Source: Malacoraja senta (taxonomy: Eukaryota). From it: a DNA stretch of 60,000 bases. The first letter of the stretch is position 1. Every line of letters starts with the position of its first letter. This document shows, in pieces, positions 36,721 through 49,455 of this stretch. The stretch spans positions 20,648,001 to 20,708,000 of the forward strand of contig CM075987.1 of assembly GCA_038087875.1 (NCBI GenBank), read 5' to 3'. The position numbers were made by a program, and so were the translations under genes. Under the pieces are notes generated by a model that saw nothing but the letters and a program-made list of their open reading frames with translations, did no database searches and had not been told where the DNA came from.

Positions 36721-38829
36721 CTCGTAAATCTTTCCTGATCATTATTAAATTATATTTAGTAGAGCTTGCTGTGTACATATTGGCTGATGCATTTCCTATT
36801 TTACAACAATAATTGGAATTCAAATGTACATGTTTGGTTGCGAGTTGCCTCGGTACGTCATAAGGTTGTGACAAGGGCACATGCGTGCAGGTTTATGTTA
36901 GCATGCGTGTGTGCAGATAGTTCATATGGACAGAGTCAGGGGTTGGCTCCCTGAAGCGACATCTTTATTCAAGGCAGGGAAGGAATGTTGTCTGAGCATA
37001 AGCCAAGAACTCTTGAGAGGACCTGGCTTCCATCTAATTCCCTTCGTCACAGTGCTTACCCATTCATGGTATGTGAATTGTCGTAAGTGAACAATGACTG
37101 ATCTCATTCCAGCTCTTCACATTGCCATAGAGCAGGAAAATCAATCCACAGTCGATTCAAGTACGTATACTCACTCCCAGCCCAGCACCCTGCCAAGTTG
37201 CTTTCTGCACTTCCGTCCCACTCTAAAGCCTCAAGCAAGACGTAGTGATTCTTGTTAGCAATACATCAGCGAATCCCAGTGATTCCAGGTGAGTTGGCGA
37301 ACTGTCAGAAGGGTTATCCACACACTCACAAAAGATTTGTCTCTTTGTCAACAGAGGATACATTATCAGCAAGTTAGCCCTTTGGTCCAAGGGTAGTCTT
37401 AAAGAAAGAGTGGGGTGGAAGGGCTTTGAGAAATAATTCCAGCGGACTTATGGGGTGAATGACACAATCCAAACCCTGTAGCCAAGGGAGAGAGCGAGAG
37501 ATGTGCTTCGTCATATTTGGAGGAATCAGATGTTCAGAGGGGGTTATAGACGTGGAGGAGATTACAAAGATTAAGAGGGCTCAGGCCACGGAAGGATTTG
37601 GATGCGATTATGTTTTTAAACAGAAGGGGATAGATGAACCAAGAGCAGGAATGATGGGTGTGGCTGTAAGCTGGGCTCCAACCCATAACACTCCTTACGG
37701 TAAGCTGCCAACTTCAGCGACAGGACCTCTGTCACGGCAATGCTGGCAGTACGGGAACATCTCTGTGGAAATTCCCAGATTTTGTTTTGGCAACTGCACA
37801 GTCCTGGGGGAGGTCACCTCAACTGGTTCCACTTCAATGTAATGGGTTGTCATATGCGTAGTACCACATCAAGCTAAGAAACTTTTGTCGTTTGTATACT
37901 CGAATGCAATAGAAAGATATCCTTACTCGGGGACTGCTCACTATACTTACAGAGCAACGGATCAAAACTGACAAATCTTTCACCCCGGATCGGCACATAA
38001 CTATGCTGAGAAATGTTTGAATGTGTCACAGCTTGCTGCATTCCTCACTAGCTAACATTAGAAATCCAAGACCAGTGTGTAACATCAGGCAATTACAAGA
38101 CTGTTTTCCCAATGTGACGTCAAAGATTCAGAATCAAAGGATCTTTCCAGCTTGAATTCAGATTCTATTAGCTCTCAATTGAATTAAAAGCAAAAGGAAC
38201 AGTTCCAAACCACAGCAGCTAGCAGTGCACCCAGCTGAAAGTGGGTGGTCATGGGGGTTGTGGATATGATTAAAAGTAAGGTTGCAGTGCCAATCGGTGC
38301 TGGATTATTTTCCACCTAGGATGATAAACACAATCCCTGAATGCCCTGTGATAGATGGAAGTTGGATGTGTGATTGCCTTTTGTAGAGTGTGTTACCCAC
38401 CACCCACACTGTTATCTGTAGGCAGACAACCAAACAACACAGGAGACCATTTGAATCCTCACGTCTATGCCTATCCACAAAAAAGTTATCCAATTAGTGC
38501 CACATCTTCCCACTCTTTATCCATACCCCTGTAATTATTTTCTCTCTCACCATCATTAGTTTTATTCTGGTCTGCATTTTATACTACAATAGGACTATAA
38601 CCCCTAGACTGCATATCTGTCGAACATGAAAGGAAATACTTTTAAAATATACAACTGTTGCACATAGCAGGATCCAGAGGCTGCACTTCATCATGTTTTC
38701 ATCTATAAATAGAGTGAGACTGCAGATTAAAAACATTTTTTGCAATTGGTCCAGATTGAACTCTAGTTATTAGTATTAGCAGCTCTGCTCATATTCCAAT
38801 CCGAAGGCACTTTCATAATTATGGATATA

Positions 38830-39025
38830 AACATAGATCATAGTACAGCACAGGAACAGGCCCTTCGGCCCGCAATGGTTGTGTTGAACATGATGCCTAG
38901 ATAAACTAACTAATGTGCCTGCACATGATCCATATTCCACCATTCCCTGCATATCCATGTGCCTCTCCAAAAGCCTCTTAAACTCCACTGTCGCATGTGC
39001 CTTCAACACCGCCCCTGGCAGCGCG
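38830..39025 (-). mobile_element. CR1 3' end fragment
   Basis: EFKRLLERHMDMQGM and 3' UTR. Confidence 0.7.
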
Positions 39026-39261
39026 AGAGGCGATGGTGGAGAAAGGTAAAGAACAAAATAAATTGATCTTATTTTGCCTTCGCCCTCCATACCACCACCC
39101 TCTCTCACTGCAGGCCCACAACTGCATTTGTACAAAAATGGAGGGCTTTTTGGTGCTGTGTTTACATCTGATGCCAGACTCCACCTTTTCTCTTTCTATT
39201 TCAGAATGAAATTCCCTGGCAAAGGAGAAGGAGTTAACATGGTGGAAAGGGGAGGAAATGA

Positions 39262-39350
39262 AGAAGGGTTTCGGCCCGAAACGTTACCTATTTCCTTCGC
39301 TCCATAGATGCTGCTGCACCCGCTGAGTTTCTCCAGCATTTTTGTGTACC
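39262..39350 (+). mobile_element. Solo Penelope pLTR-derived short insert
   Basis: TSD gaggaaatga at 39252-39261 and 39351-39360. Confidence 0.9.
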
Positions 39351-40011
39351 GAGGAAATGAGACTAATTGATTAGCACTTTCAAAGAGTTGACACAGCAAC
39401 GGTGGAACGAACGGCCTTCAATTCTGTGGTATGTTCTCTTGATTCTGCAGTTTTCGGTCTTTCAATTATTTATTCAATTCTCTGCCATTTGAAAGTTATA
39501 ATTGAATCTCCTTCTACCAGGCTTTAAGCCAGCAAATTCCAAATCAGAAGAAGTGGTTGAATAAAATCAAATCTTGACATCTCAACTCAGCCACCACCCA
39601 TAGACACCTCTACACTCACCTTAAATCTGTAACCTCTGGTGACTGACATTCCCTCCTCTCAACTCCCCACTAATTTTGAACAGCTCTGCTGAATTTCCTT
39701 CAATCGCGTCAGAGGTGGCACCAGGCAATCAATTTTATTAATAAAAATTAATGTTTTATTTATTTTGTTTTTTTCTCTCTTAAGATAAGAATAGAGTCGG
39801 AGTGCATCCAGTGCTTGGTGCTGTGCGTCCTTTGTGCTGATTTGATTAGAAGTGGGTCCAAAACCCAGGAGTACGTTAAATATATCTCTTATCCAAGAAA
39901 ACTGAAATTAATTTAAGAATCTTTCATTTGGTTCAAATATAATTAGGAGGGGATCTGGGCGTCAAAGTAATTCTAGAAGACACTTTCTCCTCCCGGGATT
40001 TGTTGTGAATT

Positions 40012-40311
40012 GGGTGGAGCACGTGGCAGAGCTGTAGAGTTGCTGCCTTACAGTGCCAGAGACCCCGGTTTGATCCTGACTAGGTGTGCTGTCTATACAG
40101 AGCTTGTACATTCACTCCATGACCTGCGTGGGTTGTCCCTGGATGCTCCAGCATGACGTAGACGATTGTAGGTTAATTGGTTTGGTGAAATTGTAAAAAG
40201 ATTGTCCCACGTGTGTGTAGGATCGTGTTAATGTGCGGAGATCGCTGGACGGTGTGGACTCAGTGGGCCGAAGGGCCTGTTTCCGCGCTGCATCTCCAAC
40301 ATAAACTAAAA
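40012..40311 (+). mobile_element. V-SINE/HE1-like SINE
   Basis: tRNA-like head (ggtttgatcc) and taaactaaa tail. Confidence 0.75.
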
Positions 40312-40560
40312 CACCCTCTTCAGCAGAATGAGTATGGTAAGTGTGCTGGTTTTATTCCAATGCTTGCCTCTGTGGTTGGGAGAACTATGACAAATTAGTT
40401 GGCTTCTTGGGTCCTTCTGCAACCTGATCCTCGCAGCAAATCTGTGGATATCACGGGAAGCGAAGCCTATTGAGTTCAGCCATGAAACCATGCAAAATCC
40501 CGGTCAAGTGAAGTGAAAATAAATTGCACTTCGCACTAAACCGTGCTTTCAATCACATCT

Positions 40561-40695
40561 TCTTCTTGCGTATGGCGTGCACAGCCTAAAGTTGTAGGTC
40601 AACTTGTTCTATTTGATCTATTTGTTTGTGCACGTCAGGTTGATTGCATTAGTCGAAACAGGGTGGACCATGTGAAGGTTGCAATCTCCAACCCC
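40561..40695 (-). mobile_element. Short non-autonomous retroelement with 5' HDV-like ribozyme (copy 1, partly decayed)
   Basis: TSD aatcacatct at 40551-40560 and 40696-40705; GGGG 5' end; (AAG)n tail; colinear with 49310-49455. Confidence 0.85.
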
Positions 40696-40914
40696 AATCA
40701 CATCTGAGTGGTGCTGAATCGATCAAAGAGGTTGGTAAAATCAGGCCAAACTATGGCGCCAGAATTGGGGGAGGTGGAGATATAATTTAGTTCCAGGTTA
40801 CAGACATAGATAGGCCTTGTATAAATATGACAGCAAGAATAGTATCTGTAATACAATCAAATGACCCAAATTTCCTCAGGGAAGTAAACAGAATGTGACA
40901 TCCAGTCCTAAATG

Positions 40915-41288
40915 GGCACATTGCTGGAATTATTTGAAGAAGTAAATAGCAGGAAAGACAAAGGAGGGTCAGTAGATGTTGTTTACTTAGATTTTCAGAA
41001 AGCCTTTGATAAGGTGCCGCACATGAGGCTGCGAAGGAAGATGAGAGCCTACAGTATGAAAAGGCAATTACTAACATGGATAGCAGGTTGGCTGGATGGC
41101 AGAAGTCAAAGAGTGGCAATAAAGGGGGCTTTTTCTGGTTGACTGCCAGTGACTAGCGGAGTTCCGCAGGGGTCGGTGCTGGGGCCACTACTCTTCACGT
41201 TGTATGTTAATAATTTGGATGAGGGGACTGAAGGCTTTGCCAAAGTCCATGTAAACAACATCTACCATCCTGCCTTCATCTTTTTTCT
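40915..41288 (+). mobile_element. CR1 RT fragment with orientation switch near 41231-41239
   Basis: Plus strand VDVVYLDFQKAFDKVPH and [10 protein letters not shown]; then minus strand [17 protein letters not shown]. Confidence 0.85.
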
Positions 41289-41488
41289 NNNNNNNNNNNN
41301 NNNNNNNNNNNNNNNNNNNNNNNNNNNNNNNNNNNNNNNNNNNNNNNNNNNNNNNNNNNNNNNNNNNNNNNNNNNNNNNNNNNNNNNNNNNNNNNNNNNN
41401 NNNNNNNNNNNNNNNNNNNNNNNNNNNNNNNNNNNNNNNNNNNNNNNNNNNNNNNNNNNNNNNNNNNNNNNNNNNNNNNNNNNNNNNN
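41289..41488. other. Assembly gap (200 N)
   Basis: Run of n. Confidence 1.
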
Positions 41489-41999
41489 ACAACGGATTCT
41501 TGCATGCACACTATCCACATCCATGTGCCATCTAAATGCCACCATCGTATCTACGTCCACCACCACCACCACCTCTGACAGTGCATTCCAGGGACCCACC
41601 ACCCTGTGTAAAACAAAACTGCCACTGCTCATCTTTAAACTTTGCCCCTCTCATCTAAGGCCCTTTAGTCTTTGACATTTCTGTGGAAAAGGTTCTGACT
41701 ACCTCGCATGATTTTATATACACACTACATCAGATGCTTGTGGCAGAGCAGCACCTTGAATGTAATGAGGCCGATGGCCTTCACAGTTGATCAAATAACA
41801 TTTGAGCTGAGCCAAATAAAGTTGCAAGGTTAGATGGTCAAAGGCTTATGTGGGGCCAAGGGAAGGGGTCAGGGATGATCGTGGCAATGGTCTAATCCCA
41901 GAGATGCTCAAAAAATGAGGATTTGAGATGTGCAGATGTCTGACCAGCGAGGTCCAAATGAGAGAGAAGGGGAAGGGAAAGGGAGGAAGCGATGATGGG

Positions 42000-42726
42000 A
42001 TATGAAAATCAGTAGGCCATTCGGCCCTTCGAGCCTGTACCGCCATTCAATATGATCATGGCTGATCATCCAAAATCAGTACCCCCGTTCCTGCTTTCTC
42101 CCCCATATCCCTTGATTTTGTTAGCCCTAAGAGCTATATCTAACTCTCTCTTAAACATCCAATGAATTGGCCTCCACTGCCTTCTGTGGCAGAGAATTCC
42201 ACAGATTCACAACCGTCTGGGTTAAAAAGTTTTTCCTCATCTCAGTCCTAAATGGCCTACCCCTTATTCTTAAACTGTGACCCCTGGTTCTGGACTCTCC
42301 CAACATCAGGACAATTTTTCCTCCATCTAGTCTGTCCAATCCATTAAGAATTGTAAGGTACACAAAAATGCTGGAGAAACTCAGCGGGTGCAGCAGCATC
42401 TATGGAGCTAAGGAAACAGGCAACGTTTCGGGCCGAAACCCTTCTTCAGACTTCTTAAGAATTGTATATGTTTCCATAAGATTCCCTCTCATCCTTCTAA
42501 ATTCCAGTGAATATAAGCCCAGTCAATCCATTATTTCATCATATGTCAGTCCTGCCATCCCAGGAATTAACCTGGCTAACCTACACTGCACTCCCTCAAT
42601 AGCAAGAATGTCCTTCCTCAAATTAGGAGACCAGAACTGCACAGAATACTCCAGGTGAGGTGTCACCAGGGCCCTGTACAACTGCAGTAGGACCTCCTTG
42701 CTCCTATACTCAATTCCGCTTGCTGT
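42000..42726 (-). mobile_element. CR1 3' fragment containing a solo pLTR insert at 42356-42454
   Basis: CR1 ORF2 C-terminus; insert TSD ttaagaattgta at 42344-42355 and 42455-42466. Confidence 0.9.
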
Positions 42727-42836
42727 TGCCCTATTGTTCAGTTTCGAACATTTGTTGGGGAGATGGATGGAGTGAGCGGCTAGGGCATGTTCAGTTTAGA
42801 GATGCAGCACCTTAAGCCCCCCCCCCCCCCCCCCCC

Positions 42837-43077
42837 AGGCAGCATCTCTGGAGAGAATGAATGGGTGACATTACGGGTTGAGACCCTTCTTCAGGCTAGT
42901 CAGGGGAAAGGGATACGAGAGATATATGGTACAATGATATGATGCCTTAATGTATCATATATCCCTCCTTTCCCTTTCCCCTGTCTGAAGAAGGATCTCG
43001 TCCCGAAACGTCACCCATTCCTTCTCTCCAGAGATGCTGCCTGTCCTGCTGAGTTACTCCAGCATTTTGTGTCTACC
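42837..43077. mobile_element. Fold-back Penelope pLTR palindrome with spacer
   Basis: Inverted pLTR halves around 42900-42985. Confidence 0.75.
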
Positions 43078-43268
43078 AGATTACCTTCATTTGACAGTTA
43101 CAATTATAGAGGAGGAAAGTTAATTGGAAGCATTCATAAAAGGAATTCCAGAGAAGATAGGGCGGAGGGTGACTGCATATTCAAAGAACTGAAGTGGCAG
43201 TAGTCTCTCAGGGAAGTGGGGGTCAAAGGTTGGCTCTTTAGGAGGGAAAACAACAACAAATTTGATGG

Positions 43269-43460
43269 TTAAGAAGTTTAAGAAGGAACTGCAGATGCTG
43301 AAAAATCGAAGGTAGACAAAAATGCTGGAGAAACTCAGCGGGTGAGGCAGCATCTATGGAGCGAAGGAAATAGGCAACGTTTCGGCCCGAAACGTTGCCT
43401 ATTTCCTTCGCTCCATAGATGCTGCCTCACCCGCTGAGTTTCCCCAGCGTTTTTGTCTAC
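43269..43460. mobile_element. Fold-back Penelope pLTR palindrome
   Basis: Centre ggcaacgtttcggcccgaaacgttgcc; TSD caacaaatttgatgg at 43254-43268 and 43461-43475. Confidence 0.9.
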
Positions 43461-45474
43461 CAACAAATTTGATGGGGTTGGTGGGAGGTAATAGTTCCCA
43501 ATAGATGACCCAAGAGTGCAGGATCATAAACGTAAGTATAGTTCAATCCTTGAATAACCAATAAATAGGCACAATATAGTAAAGTACAGAGTGATTCGGC
43601 ACAGTAGAATTCCTTTATAAACAATGTGACACATACATGCACACCTAAATAAGTCATGACATGTATATAGGCAAAGGATCTGTAGTCCAAATGCCATGTA
43701 ATATACTCAGAGATAACATCGTACACTGTATAATATTCTGGCATATGTAGTCATTGTATAGTTCTTGCATAATTAGTGTGACTGATGTCTATTCTACTGA
43801 TCTCAACCCCATGATGTACACGGGGTTGACTGTAGAATGTAACTGGATATGTGTACTGGAGAAGAAGCCTAACTCAGCGTGATCATTCTCTAGCAGCAGA
43901 AGTGAGGTTTCAGTCACATCCGCCTGATCAGGTAGCTCTGACACAGCTCTTCCTGGCTGACACTGTGGTGGTGCAATCTGTACAGAGTCAGTGAGATTAT
44001 TGCACACTAAATATATCATCCAATGTCAGCCCTTTGGACCCATATCTTTCCTACAGAGCTGATCTGATCCAACTCAGGATCTCAACAATCATACACACAC
44101 CAACACTGCCTCACAGAAGTATTGCCCAATCAACACGACATGGGTGTTGGGAGATGGAACTGGTATGTTGGTAGATTTGGCACTTTCAGCGGCAGACTCC
44201 GATTTAATCAAAAGTCAAGAAGCCCCAGAATGGACCTGCACCATCTACCCACAGCTCCGTGCCTGGGAATCTAAAGACAGGGGCCTCTCCAATTAATTTA
44301 ATTTAAATCATCGCCGAGTAACAAGATCATAGTTCACCTGGGTGTCTACAGACTTAAGCAAAGGGGGGTTTCAAGATGGGGAGTAAAATGTCCCATGGTC
44401 AGGGAATGTGGTCTGGTGTGGGTTGAATCCAATTCTGGGAAAACAATCACCAGACTGGTGTAGTTCAAGATGGTGGCTTGCCACTACCTTCCTGAAGGCA
44501 ATTAGCGATGAGCAATAAATTGTCAACTATATACACGTGACAAATTATTGCAGCTTCCAAGAGAGAGGAACGTGTACGAATCTGGCCGTCTTCTGTAAAC
44601 AGCAAAACAAAAATTGAAATTGCTCACCTAACCCTTCAAGTTTGTTATATCATTTAATTTGAAATTTAAAAAAATTGTTAATATCGGTCTTCAAAACCAT
44701 TTTTGTGAGATTATGGTGGTGGAAAGTGAAGAAAGTATGAAGTAAATTAGTCAATTTAAGTACGAGAATGATGGAATTACTATTGGTTTATTACTGTCAC
44801 TGTACCAAGATACTGCGGAAAAAAAGTCTTGCATGCTCTCAAGGCTAATCATACCATACATACATCAGTACAATCAAACCATACACAAGTACAATAGGTA
44901 ATGCAAAAGGGGAAAGGAAATAGTGTTTAGAAAACAGTTTAGAATACAATGTTACACCTGCAGAGAAAGTGCAGATTAAAAAATGTTCAAGAACCGCCAC
45001 ACAATAGATTGGGGAAAGAGAAGTGCATCTTTAGATTATGAGAGGTCCATTCAATAGTCTGTTAACAATGGAGAAAAAGATGTTCCTGAATCTGGTGATG
45101 TGCCTTCAAGCTTTTGTACCTTCTGCCTGATGGGAGGAGGAGGAAGGGGAATGATTATAAATGGTGTTTATAAAAAGAACGGTCGTCCTTGATTATGGTG
45201 GCTGTTGTGGCTTCTGAAGGCATGGCTCAGTATAAGGGAATCTCGTTTCATACAGGTGAAGAAGACTTTTTTCTCTAAGTTGAATTGTCAGTCTTTAGGA
45301 TTCCTTGCCACAGAGAGCAGTGAAGACAGACTCCTTGTATAATCATAACTCCGAGGCTTCTAATCATTCAGAGCATTGATGGTAAGGGAGAAAGGACAGT
45401 AAAGTAGATTAAGAAAGTTGGATCAGGTACGATGCCACTGAATGGCAGAGCTGGCTCCAGGAACTGAATGGTTT

Positions 45475-45776
45475 TAGATTTTGAGATACAGCATGGAAAC
45501 AGGCCTTTTTGTCCACCGAGTCCATGCCAACCATCGCATTAGGTCCATGTCATCCATCCACTTTCTCATCCACCACCTACACTTTAGGGGCAATTTAACA
45601 GAGGCCAATTAACCTACAAATCTGCAAGTCTTTGAGATATAGGAAGAAACCAGAGCGCCCAGCGAAAACCTCACAGTCACAGAGAGAACATGCAAACTCA
45701 ACACAGACAGTACACAGTCAGCATTGTACCCATTCTCATGCCCTGTGAGGCTGCAGCTCTACCAGCTGTGCCACCC
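45475..45776 (-). mobile_element. V-SINE/HE1-like SINE
   Basis: Reverse complement of the 18449-18781 type. Confidence 0.75.
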
Positions 45777-46401
45777 ATAACCCTGTTCCTATTTCTAATG
45801 TTGCTACATTTCAATGTTTGATGATTATATATGAACTTACATCAAATTTATAGCATGGAATCGGGTCAATTGGTTTTGCTGTCCATGTTGGGTTTACGTT
45901 CCAAGTGTTTATCCTATTCCAATCGGAAAATTCTCATATAATCTGCTTTCATAGTGTTAATCTTGCTTCTGCTTAAATATATGCATTTGGTATTCGAGTC
46001 AGCCACTCAATGTGGTGGTAAATTCCACCTTCAAAACAATCTCTGGAAATGAAGCTTCTCATGAATTTCCCATCAGATCTATAAACTTGCCAACTGCAAG
46101 TTACTAGCTAATCTCAATTTCATAAGGAGCTCTGTGACCTGCAAGGTAACCATAGCATGACTAAGAGCTCCTGCCTCATTGTTAGCCGTGAAAGATGAAT
46201 ATATTTTAAATCAAGCACATGTCCATCTTAATTGCAAATTGGCAGGAAAATACCAAATTCCTTTCCATTCAAGATTTCTGTTTACACCTGAATACTGAAT
46301 ATAAACCAAAAGGCCTCTTAATTTTCTCAGAAGTAACATTACATTTCTGGCCTTTACTTTGCAAAATGATTTCCCAAGTGAGTAAGACTATTGAAATGTA
46401 G

Positions 46402-46658
46402 AGGGCCTGTCCCACTTGCCGATTTTTTCAGCGACTGCCAGCATCATTGACTGACGTATCAGGTCACCGAAAAATTCGCGGCGTGACGCTGCACGATGCG
46501 GTGGTGACGCGGCGTGATGACGTATGACGCACGGTGTTTTTTCAAGTGTCGCAACATTTTTTTTGTTGCCGCTGGGTTTTGAAATGTTCAAAATCTGTTG
46601 GTGATGCTGATATGATGCCGGCAGTCGCCGAAAAAAATCGCCAAGTGGGACAGGGTCT
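46402..46658. mobile_element. PIF/Harbinger-like MITE
   Basis: TIRs agggcctgtcccacttgccgattttttc / gaaaaaaatcgccaagtgggacagggtct; flanks tag/taa; same family as 35204-35384. Confidence 0.85.
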
Positions 46659-47087
46659 TAAATGGCTCCAAAGTACTAAAGCAAGAGGTAGATAAAACTT
46701 GTGTGGACCCCAGAACTTGTGTGGACCCAACAAAAATTTAACAGAAACCGCACAGGTCCAGAAAGGATTTCACAATATAAAAATAATTTGAGGCCTACGA
46801 CTCCTTATAATCTCTTGAATGTCTTGAACTGCCCAAAGAGTAGCTCATTATCACTAGCCCATCCTTAATGATGAGAAAGGATTGATTCCTGGCTCCTGAT
46901 GAATTGTGTTGCAGCTGGAGGATGATCAGCACTCATAAACCACAGTAAGCAGCCATTCTTGGGGGCATTCTCCTATTTATTTCAATTCTGGTTGAAGTAA
47001 ACCTCAGCTCTGTAACACTTATGCTTAATACCATTTGATACTGAAATAGATGTGGGAAGCTGATAGAGATCAACAAACAGATCAGGA

Positions 47088-47635
47088 ATAGACAATAGGT
47101 GCAGGAGTAGGCCATTTGGCCCTTCGAGCCAGCACCGGCATTGACTGTGACCATGGCTGATCATCCACAATCAGTACCCCGTTCCTGCCTTCTCCCCATA
47201 TCCCTTGACGGCTATCCTTAAGAGCTCTATCTAACTCTCTCTTGAAAGCATCCAGAGAATTGGCCTCCACTGCCTTCTGATGCAGAGAATTCCACAGATT
47301 CACAACTCTCTGAGTGAAAAGGTTTTTCCTCATCTCCATTCTAAATGGCCTACCCTTTATTCTTAAACTGTGGCCCCTGGTTCTGGACTCCCCCAACATT
47401 GGGAACAGGTTTCCTGCCTCTAGCTTGTCCAATCCCTTAATAATCTTATAGGTTTCAATAAGATTCCCTCTCATCCTTCTAAATTTCAGTGTATACAAGC
47501 CCAGTCACTCCATTCTATCAACATATGACAGTCCCGCCATCCTGGGAATTAACCTCGTGAACCTACGCTGCACTTTCCTGTCTGCCAACCAATTTTCTAT
47601 CCAAGTCAGTACCCTATCCCCAATACCATGTGCGC
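47088..47635 (-). mobile_element. CR1 3' fragment with internal deletion
   Basis: ORFs 47082-47498 and 47505-47690 (WIENWLADRK|VQRRFTRLIP). Confidence 0.85.
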
Positions 47636-49309
47636 TAACATAACCATCACAATTTATCTGCTTACCAATACTGCTGCAAACAGTCTGCAAGTTAGCAATC
47701 CATGGCCATCACCAATCTAGTTGACATTTTTCATTTTAATATCACATAACAAATTAAGCAAAGTTGCTCAAATGAAGGTGGAAAAGAGTAGACAATGCGA
47801 AAATTCATCTGCACCAGCATTATTCTGGCTGAAGGAACGAAACACTAACATTCCTGCGATGCCTTTCATGAAACTGGAACACTCTAATGAACTGTTCAAA
47901 CAACAAAAATACTAATTTGTCCAGGTCCAACAAACAGCAACAAGATGATGGAGACACAAGGAATAAGGGTCCTGACCATAAACGGCGCTTGTCTATTCGC
48001 TCCACAGATGCTGCGTGACTCCAGCAGTTTGTGTTTTGAACAAAATGATGGCCTGTTTGCAGTAATACTGGCCATAATACATTTTGTTAAATATATTACT
48101 TCAAGCCATGAATGTGGGCACTCTAAATGATCCTATGTAATCGAGGATTGGGTGTAACCCTCTCCCTATCCCATCATTTGACGAATTTGGGAATAGAATA
48201 TATTCAGTTGAGAGGGGAATTGTTTTTTGCTGAGTGAGCTGCTCTGATCTGGAATGCGTTGCCTGAAAAGTGGGTGGACGTACAATGAACAACTTTCAAT
48301 TGGGATAAATACCTGAAACGTGGAGTAAAAAGTGCAGGGCTATGTAAAGCAATGAGAGATGTGGAAGCTGCACTTTAATGAATGAATAGTTCTGTCCGTG
48401 CCAGTGTAATATTCTAGGCTAAATAACCTCTAATGTTGCATAAATCCATACAAGGATTTCCACAAGGTCTGAATGCTGGGAAACATGGAATGCTGCTCAT
48501 TTCCTATTTGATTGGAATGACTGCAATAGATCCCATGCAATTTAGGCAGTTTCGATGGTAATGTGCTGTCAATGGACTTTAAAACAAACAAAAAGGAACA
48601 TGCCATATAAATGGGAAGCTTTATCATGTGCAATGCCTTGCATTTATTCAACACTGTTTAAAGCAGAGCCCATAATCCATGCTGAGGGAATGCTCCACGG
48701 TCAGAGGTGTCACATGTGGAAGAGACTTAAAACCAAGGAAACTACAAAGTACGTCAGTGTACTTTTGTTTGAAGTATTGAACTTCAGAAATGATGGAAAC
48801 AAAACAGCCCAATCGAACAATGTCGTCTTTAGCAAACAGCAGTGTGATAAAGGACCAGATAAAGCTATATTGGCGGATAAATGTTGGCCAGGCTTCTGGG
48901 GAAGATGCATCTGATCATTTTGAAAATTGTGGAAATAGTGCCTTAGGGCAAAAGGGGCAATGGTTAATGTCCCATCATAAAAACAACATATCCAAGAAGA
49001 AACATCAGCCCCAGTAATGTTCTCAAGTCTCAAGAGGTGAAAATATATGACTTTCTGACTCAGAGGTGAGAATCCTGCCTGCTGAGCAATGTAGATTAGC
49101 GCCTCAATCTCAGGGGTAAAATAGCCACAAATCTTAGAAGGCTTCAGACAAGTGCTGAGTTAGCCAGTTCAAAAGGTCTTATACTATATTCCATTTCGCT
49201 GTTGCTGCAGATTAACTGGAATCAGTTAACTAAAGTTTGTAGGTTAATTAGCCAATGTAAAATTGCCCCTAATGTGCAGGGAGTGTGTGAGAAAGTGGGA
49301 TAATATAGA

Positions 49310-49455
49310 TCTTCTTCTTCTTCTTCTTTCGTGTGGCGTGCACAGCCTAAAGTTGTTGGACAACTTGTTCTATTTGATCTTCCGTTTGTGCACATCGAGT
49401 TGATTGCATTAGTCGAAACAGGGCGGACCGCGTGAAGGTTGCAATCTTCCACCCC
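49310..49455 (-). mobile_element. Short non-autonomous retroelement with 5' HDV-like ribozyme (copy 2)
   Basis: TSD a(t/c)ataga at 49303-49309 and 49456-49462; GGGG 5' end; (GAA)n tail. Confidence 0.85.
49402..49455 (-). ncRNA. Minimal HDV-like self-cleaving ribozyme (54 nt, predicted)
   Basis: GGGGUGG-AA-GAUUGCA-ACC-UUCACGC-GGU-CCGCCCU-G-UUUCGA-CUAA-UGCAAUC gives P1 (G1-U wobble), P2, P3, L3 and a J4/2 CUAA. Confidence 0.8.

Noticed and set aside
37841..37877. ATG GGT TGT (MGC) as a possible FAM78 start
   Set aside because: Stops after 11 codons and has no further FAM78 similarity
41149..41632. ORFs spanning the N run
   Set aside because: Artefacts of translating the gap
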